The notes beneath the pieces are model-generated. The model did no database searches. It saw nothing but the letters and a program-made list of their open reading frames with translations, and was not told where the DNA came from. The translations under genes and the position numbers were made by a program. A stretch of DNA of 64,000 nucleotides from Piedraia hortae CBS 480.64 (taxonomy: Eukaryota), in the NCBI GenBank assembly GCA_010093745.1, contig MU005964.1:1-64000 (forward strand), in the 5' to 3' direction. Position 1 is the first letter of the stretch; every line of letters begins with the position of its first letter. Positions 1 to 12,385 of this stretch are shown in pieces.

Positions 1-2116
1 CGGAAAACTAGTTGACGCGTGAAGTCGAGAGCCGAGCGACGGTTACTAATAATGCGCGTAATATACCGCATATTCACAACAATATGTTCACTTTTGCGAT
101 GCTTTAAGTGAGATAGGGTAAGTGGGGCATCTGCATCGCCAAAACATGGACAAACCCAAACATTTACAAACATAGAGGCAGAATCCCGCTCGTAATCGCA
201 TAATCAATGGATTGGGACTGGTATTAACTAGTAACTGAGATGATTGAAGTATAAACGGTTCCGCTAACCCGGAAGCGCTTTGCTGGCAACCAAATGTAAG
301 CGGTTCATTGTCTGCATGACACCAATGTATCCCTTCAGTCGTGGGATCTAAATTCCATTACTTGAACGCTTGAATGCAGTTTCATACGCTCATTGCCCGG
401 TGACGTGCTGATGAGCAGACGGGTTGGCTCATGAGCGACTATTTAGGTCCAACTTCTGGTCCAGGGGCACTGCCGACACCACGAAGTAGCGCAATCCTGT
501 ATTCGAGACGGCTGGAAGACTGTTTCTGACTTTTGTGCACCCGCTGCTTTGATAATAATTTGCTGTTACTGCTACAGACGCTAAAGTACAAGAAGTTACC
601 ATCGCCTCGACCATTGTCCCTTTAGCACTGTTCAGGAGCAAGAGACAGTACTTAAACTTAACGAATGCTTGGCGAGATTTGGCGTGCTTGGCGATGAAGG
701 CCCGGTCGCGGATTACCTGTTGCTCAATGGAGCGCAGCATTCACCTTGCACGCTATGGCCTGTAAACATGCGTAGAACTGCTCCTTCCAGCAAACAGACC
801 ACTTTAAGTCCTCTCGAATCCTCTCACAGGAACCCTCTTATCAAACATGAAGACCATAAGCTTTACACTGTGTTCCACATCAGACAAAACCATTTATGAT
901 GCCATGCTCGGATTATCCAGGCCTCAGCGCCATACTTCACCACATCATTTTTTTACTCGACAGAGCAATGCTCTTAGCCTTCATAGAAAGTTGGCGCCCA
1001 GGGAGACAGATGTAAATATTTGGGCGTCTTCGGGCTGAGATTGTTCCTATCCACCCGGTTTTGAGGACAAACCCATACATACGTGAGGTGCTCTCTACTT
1101 CCTCGCGTTTTGATAGCGACAACCACTTTCAGATCATTCAACCCAATGGCATGCAATCATTACATACGGAGATGGTGTTTGCCTGCCCTCCGCACTAATA
1201 CAGTTTCTACAATATTAGGGTTACAATCGAGGTACCGATCTGCCGGGCTTGGCACAAAACCTTGACCGTCTTGGCAAAAGTCTAGCATGATCCAAGCGTT
1301 TTCCATCAATTGATAAAACAATCAACAACCTCAAAAGAGATTTTCGCCTCCATTTTATCTCGCGATCGATCAGAAACCTGGTATGTGTTGAGTGGAGAAG
1401 GGAATGTGTCTAATGTGGAAAAGAAAAATCAAAAAAGTTTGCACCGACTCTGGGTGAGCTTTATTGACAAAACCATGCTTAGGTGTTGTATCAGACTCTG
1501 GTACGAGGTATGAATCTTCCGTTTGATGCTCTGTGAGATGTCCGACGCTGGAGACTTGATGTACTGACACACCGGCAGATCTAGTGACATATCCTGTCAA
1601 GCTCGAGAGTGAATTCAACAATACTTTTAGGGGAACTAGGTACAGAGCTTCATTAATCATACATGCGGCTTTTTGAAATGGACTCACGCACAGCGATGTT
1701 TTTTCAAGACCTTCCGATGCTCTAGTCGGAATCGACGAAGGCGCAGTATAGTCATGAGGCATTGTCTAATGTCAGACGCCTATCTTAGGTAGATAGGACA
1801 CCGGACTCTCCAGGGTTTTTTTACCTCATGGAGGGTGTTTCCCCTGCAACATGGTTACGTCAAAGGACGTTGTTGCTGCGGATGCGGTTCGGGCTGGGAA
1901 GAGAGTCTAGAGCAGTCTTGCGGGGTAGGCCTTCTTTTGACCTGAGACTGATTCGATAATGAGGTATCAAACACACAGTTGATAGCATCACCACTCATCG
2001 ATATCGAAGTGATGTGAGTAGATCCCTCCCCCCCTTTCGGTATCTACTGGCCTTCTATCTACTGAGGTTGAACAGCAAGGGGCCAGTCTCGAACCTTCGT
2101 TCCAATTTCACCTTCT

Positions 2117-4235
2117 CTAAGCCACATGTTTGTATTTAAGCTTGCGTACCCACCGCGGTAGGCCTCCCCCACCTTGTTCTTCTCTCGCTTGATAATGTTG
2201 CCGCATCAACTTTTCCGCCGTGTGTTTGATCACATCGCTTGGTGATGCGAATATGTCAAATTGGCGATCGAAGCCACGTCCCAAGACGTTCTTCACTGCG
2301 TCCTCCATGTCTCACAACGTTGCACCACCCGCAATCGCCTCATTTCCCCTTGTAACTTGCTCCCAGTCATCGAGCTGGATGTTTCCCATGTCCTCTAGAT
2401 TCAGTCTCCTGTATCAAATGCCAACACACAACCCCCCCACAATCCTGGCACTGTGTAGCATGTTGTGGTGGGTACCCTCAAAAGCCGTGTATCTCGTGGC
2501 CATGTGTTTGAAGAGGCCAACAGTTTGCCTCAGCCCTTGAAAGCGTGATGTATTCGAGGCGAAACCGTTTATCAATTGGTCCGGATGGCCAGTTTCGAGA
2601 CGTAAAAGGAGCGCAGACTCGGTCGTTTCACCGCAATACATGGCCGTGAAGTCCGAGTAGGCAGCCTGACTGTGGCTGTTTTCCCGTATGCCGCCGTCTT
2701 TAACAGTGACCTCACAGTCCTAGTCGTTCGGCATCAAGCTCCCGTAAGGGGTTGGCGAATGCGGCCGATCTTATGCGAGGGGACAAATTGATAAAAGCGT
2801 GTCACTCCATCACCTCTCAAACCCGATTTCACATAAGCCTCGGATGCCACTAATGGCCAAGGTCGAGATACCAGGCCAGCATGGATCCCGTCTCTAGTCC
2901 GTCCCTTATCGAGCTGATTGGAAAGTATGTTCTGCTTCGGTGCGTCACGTCGAAGAAGGTGCTGGATATTACCTCCCGAAGAGCTGTGGGCTTGCTCGCT
3001 AGAAGTGGATACACGTAACGCTGGATGTAGCGGGCAATGGAGACCGCATATTCCTCCTCATAGCAACCTGCCAGCACCCTGAATTTGGTCTCCACAACTT
3101 GTAGGCACCAGCATACAGCGAATTCCTTGATATAGCGGGCAAAACTTTTGTGCCAGATTGATGCGCTATAACAGAAAAGCAAAAATGGAAGAAAGATGAC
3201 TGAGCGGCGTGAGTGAGGAATCAGAGTGATGTGAGTGTTGAGCAGAGTGCGCGTCACGTGTGGAACTGCGTGGCGGCAGCTGCCGCTCGGGTCCTTGCTT
3301 CATTAAGGACTGAGCCTCAATGGGCTCAGCAGCACTTTCTAACCTTCGCCGAGTAAACTGACATTGCTATGAATCATTGACTTTTGGAGCAGCGTAGGAC
3401 TTCTGCAGGGAGCTGCAGTAGCAGGGGCTATGGTTTGGGTGGAGTGAGTGAGTGACCTGGAGTAGTGCAGAAGGGACGATAGGCTACAGTAGGGGAAACG
3501 AGAAGTCTACGGCGCCTTGCAAGACAGAGCGGCGCTGGTAAGCATGGAGAAGGAATTTTTGTCAGAGTCTTGTCTGCAGCTCGATCTCGCAGCTTCATAA
3601 GGTGCCCTCATTTGTCTTGTGTCCGCATTTACATCCCTTTGTAAGGAGTGATGGACAAGATTATGCTAACGTTTTTTCCCAAAAATTTGAGTGCCAACTT
3701 CCCGATAAAAATGGAACGCTTCGGACACGGGCATGCGAAGCAAACTTCGAAGAAGAGCAATTTGCCCGCTAGTTGACGTTCCATAGATGAAAGTAAAATA
3801 ATGGCAAGGAAAGAGGTCTTCTTCGGTCATATTTTTACCCAGGCTGCCGTTCTATTGTTCAGTGTTCCAGATGTCATACATCAAGGTCTTCCAAATCAGA
3901 AGGGATCCATAACATGAGATCACTTAGTCGATTACAATAGGATCAGATGAGCTGAATTACCTCGAATCCCATCGCCATCCAAGGTCAGTGCACATAGACG
4001 CCACGGATCCTTTGCTTCGCTCGCCCATTGGCGGCCTGAACTCGAAGATCCATTTGTTTTGGAGTGTTGATTGGACATGTTGGAGAGAGTCCTCTAGAAG
4101 GGAGCACCATCTAATCTCGGATGAGTAGATTTCTGCCCTCCACGGTCCTTGTGAAATAGGGAAGGGCTTGACGTGAATCCGTATTGGCAGGGCGGTGGCT
4201 CTACGTTGTGTCATGGAGCTCTGTGGAAGTATCAT
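2117..4235 (-). pseudogene. Decayed paralog of the patatin-like phospholipase at 5858-7482
   Basis: Collinear fragments match the intact gene. Exon 1 ends DPWRLCALTLDGDGIRG (intact: DPWWPCILTLDGGGIRG). The intron is at the same position but its acceptor is mutated (CAT instead of CAG). About 3667-3912 reads YGSLLIWKTLMYDIWNTEQ*...DLFPCHYFTFIYGTSTSGQIA...QIFGKKR*. About 2560-2703 reads KDGGIRENSHSQAAYSDFTAMYCG. 2117-2308 reads GFDRQFDIFASPSDVIKHTAEKLMRQ. There are in-frame stops and frameshifts. Confidence 0.9.
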
Positions 4236-4724
4236 GGTTGCAGCGAGAAGGTTACTGCGCACAGCTATCTCTGTTCATCTAAGAACGATTGAGGCCTCTA
4301 CTTTCAAGGTAAGAATCTATGTCTCATTATCATGATTAAGATCACTAAATAGTCCGCCAGTCAGAAGCTTCAACATGCTACTGATAGCTGCCAGCGCCCT
4401 ACAAATTGGTGTCGTTCCTTCTTCGATCGAAAAAGTGTAGTTGCCCATCGGGGAGAGATTCTGAACAAGGCAAGGCTGCTGCTCCATGGTCCTAAGACAA
4501 TGATTATGAACCGCATGCATTTGAACCAGAAACACCCATTGAAGGCACAGTCTACGTAGCCACCTCCTCCCTTTCAAGTAGACACCACACTTCGCAATCT
4601 TGCTTTCCTTCTGGCAAACACAACTATCGCCAGGCTTGTCGTCAGATTCGAACCCTTCCAGCTATCATGTAAATCTGTGCCCCAGGTATAGCCCTGTGAG
4701 CTGGAAAACGACGTAAGCTTCACC

Positions 4725-5246
4725 ATGGAAAAACAGCAGCCGAAGCGATCAATCGGTCACCTCTACTGCCTCTGCAGCAATGCAATTTGATGCCAAGCCC
4801 ACGCTCGATTCCTATAACAAGTCGCCCATCGACGTTACAATCACTGTGATGGCACTAGGATGAAGACTTCACAAGCTGAGCTGTTGAGGCTGCTGGAAAA
4901 AGGAAGCTTTGTCCTACAAATTCACCCACAAATAAATTTGCTAAATGCCTGCACAGATTATCACCTGCACTGCTCCAATATTCCAATTCCGTGTGGTACA
5001 GTTTTCATGGAGGCGATTCAGTACGATTTGTGGTTCCCAGACGAGAGAATCGCTTATGTGGCAAACCCCAATTACGATGAAGTCTGGCCAACCATTCGGC
5101 TACCGTGGTGGAACTATATTCGCCGAATGCTTTTAAGGATCCCAAAAGATCTGTTTATTCGCCCGATCTTTCTCGACCTTCAGAAGAAGAAGAAGAAGAA
5201 GAAGAAGAAGTGCAAGATGGATTGGTGGGGACTTCTAATTTTCTGA
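4725..5246 (+). pseudogene. Decayed paralog of the small orphan gene at 7829-8382
   Basis: KTSQAELLRLLEK...IPCGTVFMEAIQYDLWFPDERIAYVANPNY aligns with KTSQAELSALLEK...IPRGAFFMDVYQYDLWLPEERIAYVRKPNY. The homologous ATG at 4725 is followed by a frameshift and stop. The intron donor is mutated (GA at 4903). Confidence 0.8.
5184..5210 (+). repeat. (AAG)9 microsatellite
   Basis: Seen directly; gives the poly-Lys run in ORF 4860-5246. Confidence 0.95.
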
Positions 5247-5857
5247 AAAGGCTTTCAAAGCCGTGACTGCCGGCGGCACACTGGTCCTGAATAGTTGTGT
5301 GGGGCAGTACATCTCGCTTTGGCAGTGACATGTAGTGAGATACGTGTTAACGCCTTTTTCTGGCCGACGGCATGCGTGTGATTGCTGTAAACATACGATA
5401 AACACGACCTCAGAAGATTGAAGAGCCTGTTTTGTATTACACAGATTGGGGACATTCAGATTACGGAAAAGAAGGCCAGGGCTGGTATATTGTGGATGTT
5501 CCCACCTACCTTGTTTGATTATGGAATCATTCGCGTTATTATTTTCCATGGATCAATGGCTATCAGCTCAATTCGACAGAGAGCAACATGATGACATTCG
5601 TTATATTTGTAAGACTTCAACCTCAGCCATTGTGACGTCTTTCCACGAGCCTCCCATTGATATAGCGCAGACATTGTCGGTGGATAAGCTTGGAAAGTGA
5701 AGCAGAGTGCAGCAACGTGTTTTCGGCCACATTCGTCTTGACTCTTTTAGATGCGTCGGATGGTGGTAAATTTCAGCAACTGATACAGTTGGAGCAACCA
5801 AAAAGAAGTGGGTATAAAACTTCAAGTGTGGAGAGTTGACCATACTTAACAAGCGAC

Positions 5858-7482
5858 TTAATTTTCAATTTTAAAGGCAACATATTCAACATCGCCGTCT
5901 TCATCTTTGGTTTCTTCCTTATATATCGACTCGTCGTATCCATAATTGTAAACAGTCCACCTTTCCCCTCCCAGAGCTTCTCGCTCTCGACGCTGCCGCA
6001 CCAGTTTTTCAGCGACTTGACGGAGCATCACCTGAGGCGGAGCATAGTCATCAGTGTCCGGATCAAAGCCACGCGAGAGGTAGTCCTTTGTGACCTTTTC
6101 CATCTGCGACAGCGTCTCTCCGCCGGCAACCTTTTCACCGCCGTACAAGCCCTTACGCCAGTCGTCGAGAGGCATCTTTTCCAAACCTCCGGCGTTTAGC
6201 CTCTTGTACCACGTATGCTCGCCCGCGGCGTGGGTTCGCATGTCAAGGTGTTGTGTTTCACCTTCGGTGTATTTCATGACCATGTTCGTTGCCACGGCCA
6301 TCTTCTCCAAGGCCTTTCTGCCTAATGGATCCAGACAGCGTGGTTGTTTGTGGGAGAAGCCATCCTTGCTTTGATCTGGGCGACCGGCCCCGACGCTCAG
6401 TAGCAGCGCAGGCTCAGTCGCCTTGCCGCAGTACATGGCCGTGAACTCGTTGTATGCAGCCCAGCTCGGATTGTTCTCCCTAATGCCCCCGTCTTTGAAC
6501 ATCATTTTTTCCCCATCCACTTCGTGTCGCACCATTTTGAAGTAAAATGGTGCGGCAGTGGTGGCCCGTGCTACCTTCCAAATTGGCAGTTTATCGATGC
6601 CTTGGTTGTAACACGTGGCCCAATTGGGGGCATCTGGTGAGTAGTAGAATGGATAAGAACGGAGTAAGTGTGCTCTTCCCTTATAGTCATTCTTGGCTGT
6701 CAGACACGCAGTCTGGCATACTCTCGGCTCGTTGACATCAAAGGGTTTCTTGTGGTCGATGATGTCTTGGAATTCCTTGGTGTTCCACAGAAGCAGATCA
6801 TGCTCGCCGTCGCAGTTTGGATGATCTACACATTGTGAACTCACCACCTCCTTGACCGCACGTTCCAGCGGTTGGTGGTGGTATTTGCTTGTGAATGGGA
6901 TATAGGATCGCTTCTTACCAAAAAGGTCATTGCCCACGCGCCGATATAGTTCTAGCGCTTCAGATACGGGCTGGCGCAGACGACCTAGAAGAGTTGCGAT
7001 TAGTCCGCCGGTTGAAGTCCCATACATAAAATCGAAATAACGGCAAGGAAGAAGGTCCTTTTCGGTCCTACAGTCTGATAAACCGCCATGTTCTTGCTCC
7101 ACCTCCCAGATCTCGTGCATCAACACCTCCAGGATTAGGAGCGAGCTATAACCTGTAATCACTTAGCCAGATGCAAGGAAATCAATGGGGCTCATGTACC
7201 TCGAATACCACCACCGTCCAAGGTCAGTATACAAGGCCACCACGGATCCCGTACCTGGCCCGCCCATTCTCGACCTGATCGGACATTATCTTCCGCCTCC
7301 GCATGTCGCTCTGTCATGTCGAGAGATTCGACGTTGGCACTTTTTATCTTCAACGAGTAATCTGTTGCTTTCTGTGAGACGTTAACGATCGAACAGCTCG
7401 GGACTTTTACACGGCTCAGCAGTGGCGGGGGCTGTGGCTTTAGGGCTTTGGATTGTACAAGTGAGGTGCCTGGAGGAGTCAT
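5858..7482 (-). CDS. Patatin-like phospholipase (2 exons: 7482-7200 and 7152-5858)
   Basis: The Gly-rich DGGGIRG motif is completed across a 47-nt GT..CTAAG..CAG intron (7153-7199). The nucleophile elbow GTSTG and catalytic DGG (KDGGIRENNP) are intact, and ARATTAAPFYF is present. No NB-ARC or TPR region. The ATG at 7482 is supported by the paralog start (MILPQSSMTQ vs MTPPGTSLVQ). Confidence 0.92.
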
Positions 7483-7828
7483 CCTCAACGAAGTTTGATT
7501 GGTCAGCCGGGCGGCTGTTGCGTACAACTGGCTCCGGTTGGCCGGGAAGAAGGCGACAATCTTACGTTCATTTACGTGTAGCTATGGTAAAACAACCAGT
7601 AGAGAGCAGAGTGACCAGGAACTCTGACATGCGACTGACTGTTACATCCTGTTGTTGCACCGCAACAGCAGGTCTCTGATCTTCAATCGAGGAAGCAGCA
7701 GCTAGCCCGTTTCCGGAAATATTATGAAACAGCCGCTTTGTTCGGGATGATGTCAAGCGGAACAGTACCGCCTCGGTTGGATGTCCAGCCCCGCCCCGTC
7801 ACCCGACCGCCATTGCAAGTTCACCGTC

Positions 7829-8382
7829 ATGGATAATCGCAGCCAGAGCAACTACTCAGTCTCCTCCACTGCCACCACGGTAGTAAGCTGCGGCGATGTG
7901 TCTACGCTCAATGCGTGTGATAAGTCGCCCATCTACGTTTACAATCACCGCGATGGCACCAGGCTAAAGACTTCACAAGCCGAACTGTCAGCGTTACTGG
8001 AGAAGGGTAATATAACCTATCATGCCCCGGCAACCAAACTATCCTAACGGCCAGTCTAGATCGGCAGCTGCGCTGCTCAATAAAGCCAATTCCGCGCGGC
8101 GCGTTCTTCATGGATGTTTATCAGTACGACCTGTGGCTGCCAGAGGAGAGAATTGCCTATGTGAGAAAACCCAACTACAACACAAATCTGGCCGGTGTTC
8201 GGATACCATGGTCGGTATACATCCGCCGTCTGTTTTCCGGGAAATCCAAAGACTTGTACATTCTGTCCAGTGACCATCCACAGCCTTCGGAAAAGGAAGT
8301 TCAACAAGGAGTAGCAGAAATTTCTCACATCCCCAAAGACCTTCCCAGACCCGGATTACCTGCGCGAGTTGGTTCTGGTTGA
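7829..8382 (+). CDS. Small orphan protein (about 166 aa; exons 7829-8006 and 8060-8382), divergent from the patatin
   Basis: A 53-nt GTAATA..CTAAC..TAG intron (8007-8059) joins ORFs 7781-8047 and 8110-8382 in frame. Amino-acid conservation with the paralog at 4725-5246 supports coding status. Confidence 0.75.
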
Positions 8383-9341
8383 TTGTGCGCGGCAGCGCGT
8401 CTCGGCTCGGTTGACATATGAGCGCGGCTCTTGAGCGTCGGGATTGACCACCAAATCAAAGCAAAGACGACTTCTTCCATACGCAGCAGGCTGTCTGGAT
8501 CAACCGGACAGCAATACTTCGAAGAAGCTGGCCCCGGCAGCGAACGTGGTCATGAGACACAGTACCCTGTACTAAGGCATGCCAACCCACGTAGCAGGTG
8601 AGCAATCCCATTTGCAGAGCAGTAGAGCTGGAGGTTCAAGAAACTGCTGGCGACAGTCCGCAATTCACGCCAAATGTTGGAACCTGACCGAGATGAACAA
8701 TTTTCACAAACCTTGCCGCTTGTAATGTACTGTTAGAGAAGGTAGCAAGACTTCGTTTCAGTTTGTGTGGCGCCTATCTTGAACGACACTCATCGTCATA
8801 TTCACGACGTCCCTCCAGCCTTTGCTGTCTTGCAACCTAGATGGTGTGATGGGTTTGCCAAGATATTTAAGCTTCCCACCTTCGTTGAATCTATATATTT
8901 ACACATTGATTCCACCAGTATGGAAGGCAATCAATCGTACTCACTACCTGTTACAGCTTTCGCCGCCGCGGACATGATGTTGTTCCTATGTGGAAGATTA
9001 ACAAAACTTTCACACCGTCTCTTCCAGACGATTATTTCCACCCTGCATACACACCTGCAATATAAAGGGACTTGAAAACTTTAGAAGTCAGTATCGTTTT
9101 CTCCATGGCCACGAAATTCACGGCAGAAGACCCGACAACGCTCTCCTGTTTGTCTATATTTCCCCCGTCTTCAAGGCCTCAGCTTCACTGTCCTTCTCAA
9201 TCCTCGCTCAACTTCCTACTGCAGAGGAGGTCATCTTTTAGGCACACCCCAGCGAAACGCATCGTGGAGACTATCACCGGCACAGTATTCTTAAAATCAG
9301 TTTACCATTTATTTGTTATAAACTCCACAGGCTGGTCTCAA

Positions 9342-11549
9342 CTACAACTCCTCCGCCACCCTCTTCTTATACTCATCCACCGACCCCAAAAACTTCTCCA
9401 CCCTCCCTCTATCACACACCCAAAGCGACGTACACACGGATCTCAGCATCGTAACATCATGCGAAACCATGAGCACCCCGCCCTGGAACCTCTGCAACGC
9501 GGTCGCAAGCGCATCCATAGCCTCCACATCAAGGTGATTCGACGGCTCATCGAGGACAAGAATATGCGGGTTCTGCAGACCCAGACACGCGAATGCGACT
9601 CTACTCTTCTGGCCTCCGGACAAGAAACCTAGTTTTTGGAGGCCAGTGGTCCCTGTGATTCCAAAAGCGCCAAGGTGGCGACGGTATTCTTCGTCGGAAC
9701 GGCCGGGGTAGGTTTTTGCCATCCAGCCCACGGCTGACATGTTGAGGTCGAGGGCGTCGACGTGGTGTTGTGCAAAGTAACCGATTCGGAGACGCGGGTG
9801 GCGCGATACGAGACCCTTCGTGGGCTCTAGGGCGCCGATGAGGAGTTTGAGGGCGGTGGTTTTGCCCGCTCCGTTGGGTCCGACGATGCCGATGCGGGAG
9901 TCGAGTTGCACGTCGAGGTCGACGTCTTTGAGGAGGGGTTTGTCGGAGGCGTAGCCAAAAGAGACGCCGGAGAGTTGGATGATGGGTGGGGAGAGCTTTT
10001 CGACTTCGGGGAAGGAAAAGTGGACGCGGTATTCGGCTTCGGGTGGTGCGAGAACGGGCATGCGTTCGAGTTTCTTGATTCGGGATTGTGCTTCCGAGGA
10101 TTTGGCGGCGTTGTAGCGGAATTTGTCGATAAAGGCTTGTAAGTGGGCTCGCTGTGCCATTTGATGCTCGTACTCCCGTGCTGCGGCTTTGCGGCGTTCT
10201 TCCCGCGTTGCATAGAAACTGTCAAAGTCTGCGCCGCGGTAGTAGTCCAGCCGTTCGGAGTGTTGGTGGATAATGTCTGTAGCTACTTCGTTGAGGAAGG
10301 CTCGGTCGTGGGACACTACCAGCACCGTGCTGGGATACGATTGGAGGTATCGTGACAGAAATGCGATAGAAGGGACGTCAAGCATGTTGGACGGCTCGTC
10401 TAGGAGAAGCAAGTCTGGCTCGCAGAAGAGAGCGCGAGCGAGTGCAAGGCGCATTCGCCAACCTCCAGAAAACGTCTTGGTAGCATTTTGTTGGCGCTCG
10501 GGAGAGAACCCGAGACCGGCGAGAATTCGAGCAGCTCGTGGCTCAGCCTGGTCTGCATCCATTTCTGCCAATTTGGCCTGGACGTCGGCCAGTGTGGCAT
10601 CTAGTCCGTCTCGACGACGGTCCATATCTATGGCATCGGTTGATGTATCTGCTGTCGAAGCACGCCGGGCTTCAAGCTCAGCCAACTCAGCAGTAAGATT
10701 GGTCTGCTGACGCAGCAGATGGGTACGCCACACATCTGCGTCGAGGACAGCCTGCAAGGCTGGGGTATCGTCTCCAGCGAGCTCCTGTTCAACATGTAGA
10801 ATGGAGATATGGGTTGGAATGGCAACCTCGCGTCGACTGAGGGCACGCAAAAGGGTTGATTTGCCGATACCGTTTTGCCCGACCAGACCATAACGACGAC
10901 CGTGGGATAGCGTCAAGGTCGTGTCTGTAAGGATGCGCAGACTGCCGATAGCAATGTCAACTCCATCCACCGTAACATCTTTGCTCCGAGATTTCGCCTC
11001 GGGACCCAGCTGCAGCGGATTGACAGCCAGAAAGAAGTCTTCATACTCCTGCTGAGTGGGCTTGTCGAGCAACCTAGACGCCTCATATTCGACAGTTTTG
11101 AACCGTTTGCGGTCCTGCTTGGCTTGAAGCTTACGTTCAGCCTTTTCGAGCTTCTTGCGGTCTACTTGGGACTCTACTGTACGTGACCTTGCAGCTGCTA
11201 AATCTACGGCGGCGCTAGCAACGCCCAGAGTCGCAGACACTGACGGTTTCGCCGCAAGATTCACGCTCTGGTCGAGCTTCCGGGCTGCGAGGGCGCGGTT
11301 TGCGGGCTGGTCACTTCTATTAGCCCGCAGCTTTTGCACAGCTTCCTCTACAAGCTGACGACAGGCAGCAGTATCTTTCTCCCCCCATTCTCCAGTGGCG
11401 GAGCTCAAAATCTCCGAAATGACTTCGGTGGCGCTGGTGAGTGGATCGTTCTCGCTGTCATGAGTGTCATTGGCAGCGTGAAACAAATAGCCCGAGGCAT
11501 AATCAGCGACCAGCGGGTCAACGGTTGGGAAATGAGCGATGAGGTCCAT
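9342..11549 (-). CDS. GCN20: ABC-F family ATPase Gcn20 (ABCF3-like)
   Basis: Two ABC cassettes (GQNGIGKST..FSGGWRMR..LLLLDEP and GPNGAGKTT..LSGGQKSR..ILVLDEP), no TM segments, Gcn20-type N-terminal extension. Intronless, 735 aa. Confidence 0.93.
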   Translation of the reverse strand: MDLIAHFPTVDPLVADYASGYLFHAANDTHDSENDPLTSATEVISEILSSATGEWGEKDTAACRQLVEEAVQKLRANRSDQPANRALAARKLDQSVNLAAKPSVSATLGVASAAVDLAAARSRTVESQVDRKKLEKAERKLQAKQDRKRFKTVEYEASRLLDKPTQQEYEDFFLAVNPLQLGPEAKSRSKDVTVDGVDIAIGSLRILTDTTLTLSHGRRYGLVGQNGIGKSTLLRALSRREVAIPTHISILHVEQELAGDDTPALQAVLDADVWRTHLLRQQTNLTAELAELEARRASTADTSTDAIDMDRRRDGLDATLADVQAKLAEMDADQAEPRAARILAGLGFSPERQQNATKTFSGGWRMRLALARALFCEPDLLLLDEPSNMLDVPSIAFLSRYLQSYPSTVLVVSHDRAFLNEVATDIIHQHSERLDYYRGADFDSFYATREERRKAAAREYEHQMAQRAHLQAFIDKFRYNAAKSSEAQSRIKKLERMPVLAPPEAEYRVHFSFPEVEKLSPPIIQLSGVSFGYASDKPLLKDVDLDVQLDSRIGIVGPNGAGKTTALKLLIGALEPTKGLVSRHPRLRIGYFAQHHVDALDLNMSAVGWMAKTYPGRSDEEYRRHLGAFGITGTTGLQKLGFLSGGQKSRVAFACLGLQNPHILVLDEPSNHLDVEAMDALATALQRFQGGVLMVSHDVTMLRSVCTSLWVCDRGRVEKFLGSVDEYKKRVAEEL

Positions 11550-12347
11550 TGTGCTTGTTTTTCTGAACGTTAAGCGTCACGTGCTTGTAATGGACGCACC
11601 GCCCCTGCCGAGACCCGCAGGTCGCGGGGGATCACCCGATGGATCAACGCAGATGAAGAGGGCAATACCGGTCTACCGTGTTACTGTATTACCTGCACGG
11701 CAGTTATTTTTTTCCTCTTACTTTTCGCTGAGAAGCCGTTTTCAGTCTCCGGTACGTCTGCTGTCGTGACTCGGCGTTTTTTGTCATTTGATGCCGTGAA
11801 AGCGTTCCTTGCTCAAAGCCGGCCCAAACTCTACCGAGATGAAACCGGTTGGGGTACGGTTGAGTCCGGTGCTCTGCAAGGACCAAACTGCCCGTTAGGA
11901 ATACGCGTGAGTACTATAGAGGCGGAGTAGGGATCGGGCTGTCAAGCTTGGCTTGTGTAACATGCAGTACATGAGCCGAACAGGGTGGTTGAGGGCTGCG
12001 GGTGGAGAAGCGCCATGCCAATCGGAAAGAGGTTGGCGGCGCAAGCCATGACCACGAGGGTCGTTGATGGCGGGGAGAAAAGTAAACAGCCGACAAACGG
12101 CGCCGACTGGCTAGCTATGATATGATTGACATGTAGGCTACACGCAAGGGGACTATGCAATGCAGGGAAAATATCGGTCGGTGGCACCTGTACGACGTGG
12201 AAATATATTGTGTGCGGAGGATCAGCGGGGCGGCATTGATTAAGCGACCAGCGATCATCGACGCATCAATAAACCCGGCCAAAGCAAGATGAGCAGCGGG
12301 GAAACCAAGTATATAGCGGGGCGGGCAAGGGAATGGGAGGGCCCTGG

Positions 12348-12349
<2 letters not shown>

Positions 12350-12384
<35 letters not shown>
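12350..12384 (+). repeat. G35 homopolymer upstream of the gene at 12620
   Basis: 35 consecutive G, about 35 nt after a TATATA at 12310-12315. Confidence 0.85.

Positions 12385-12385
<1 letters not shown>

Noticed and set aside
1..2100. Short ORFs, including 1370-1762, and a possible third copy of the patatin module
   Set aside because: No motifs and no visible similarity to the duplicated unit.
9072..9632. 186-aa plus-strand ORF
   Set aside because: Non-ATG start, half overlaps GCN20 antisense, no domain features.
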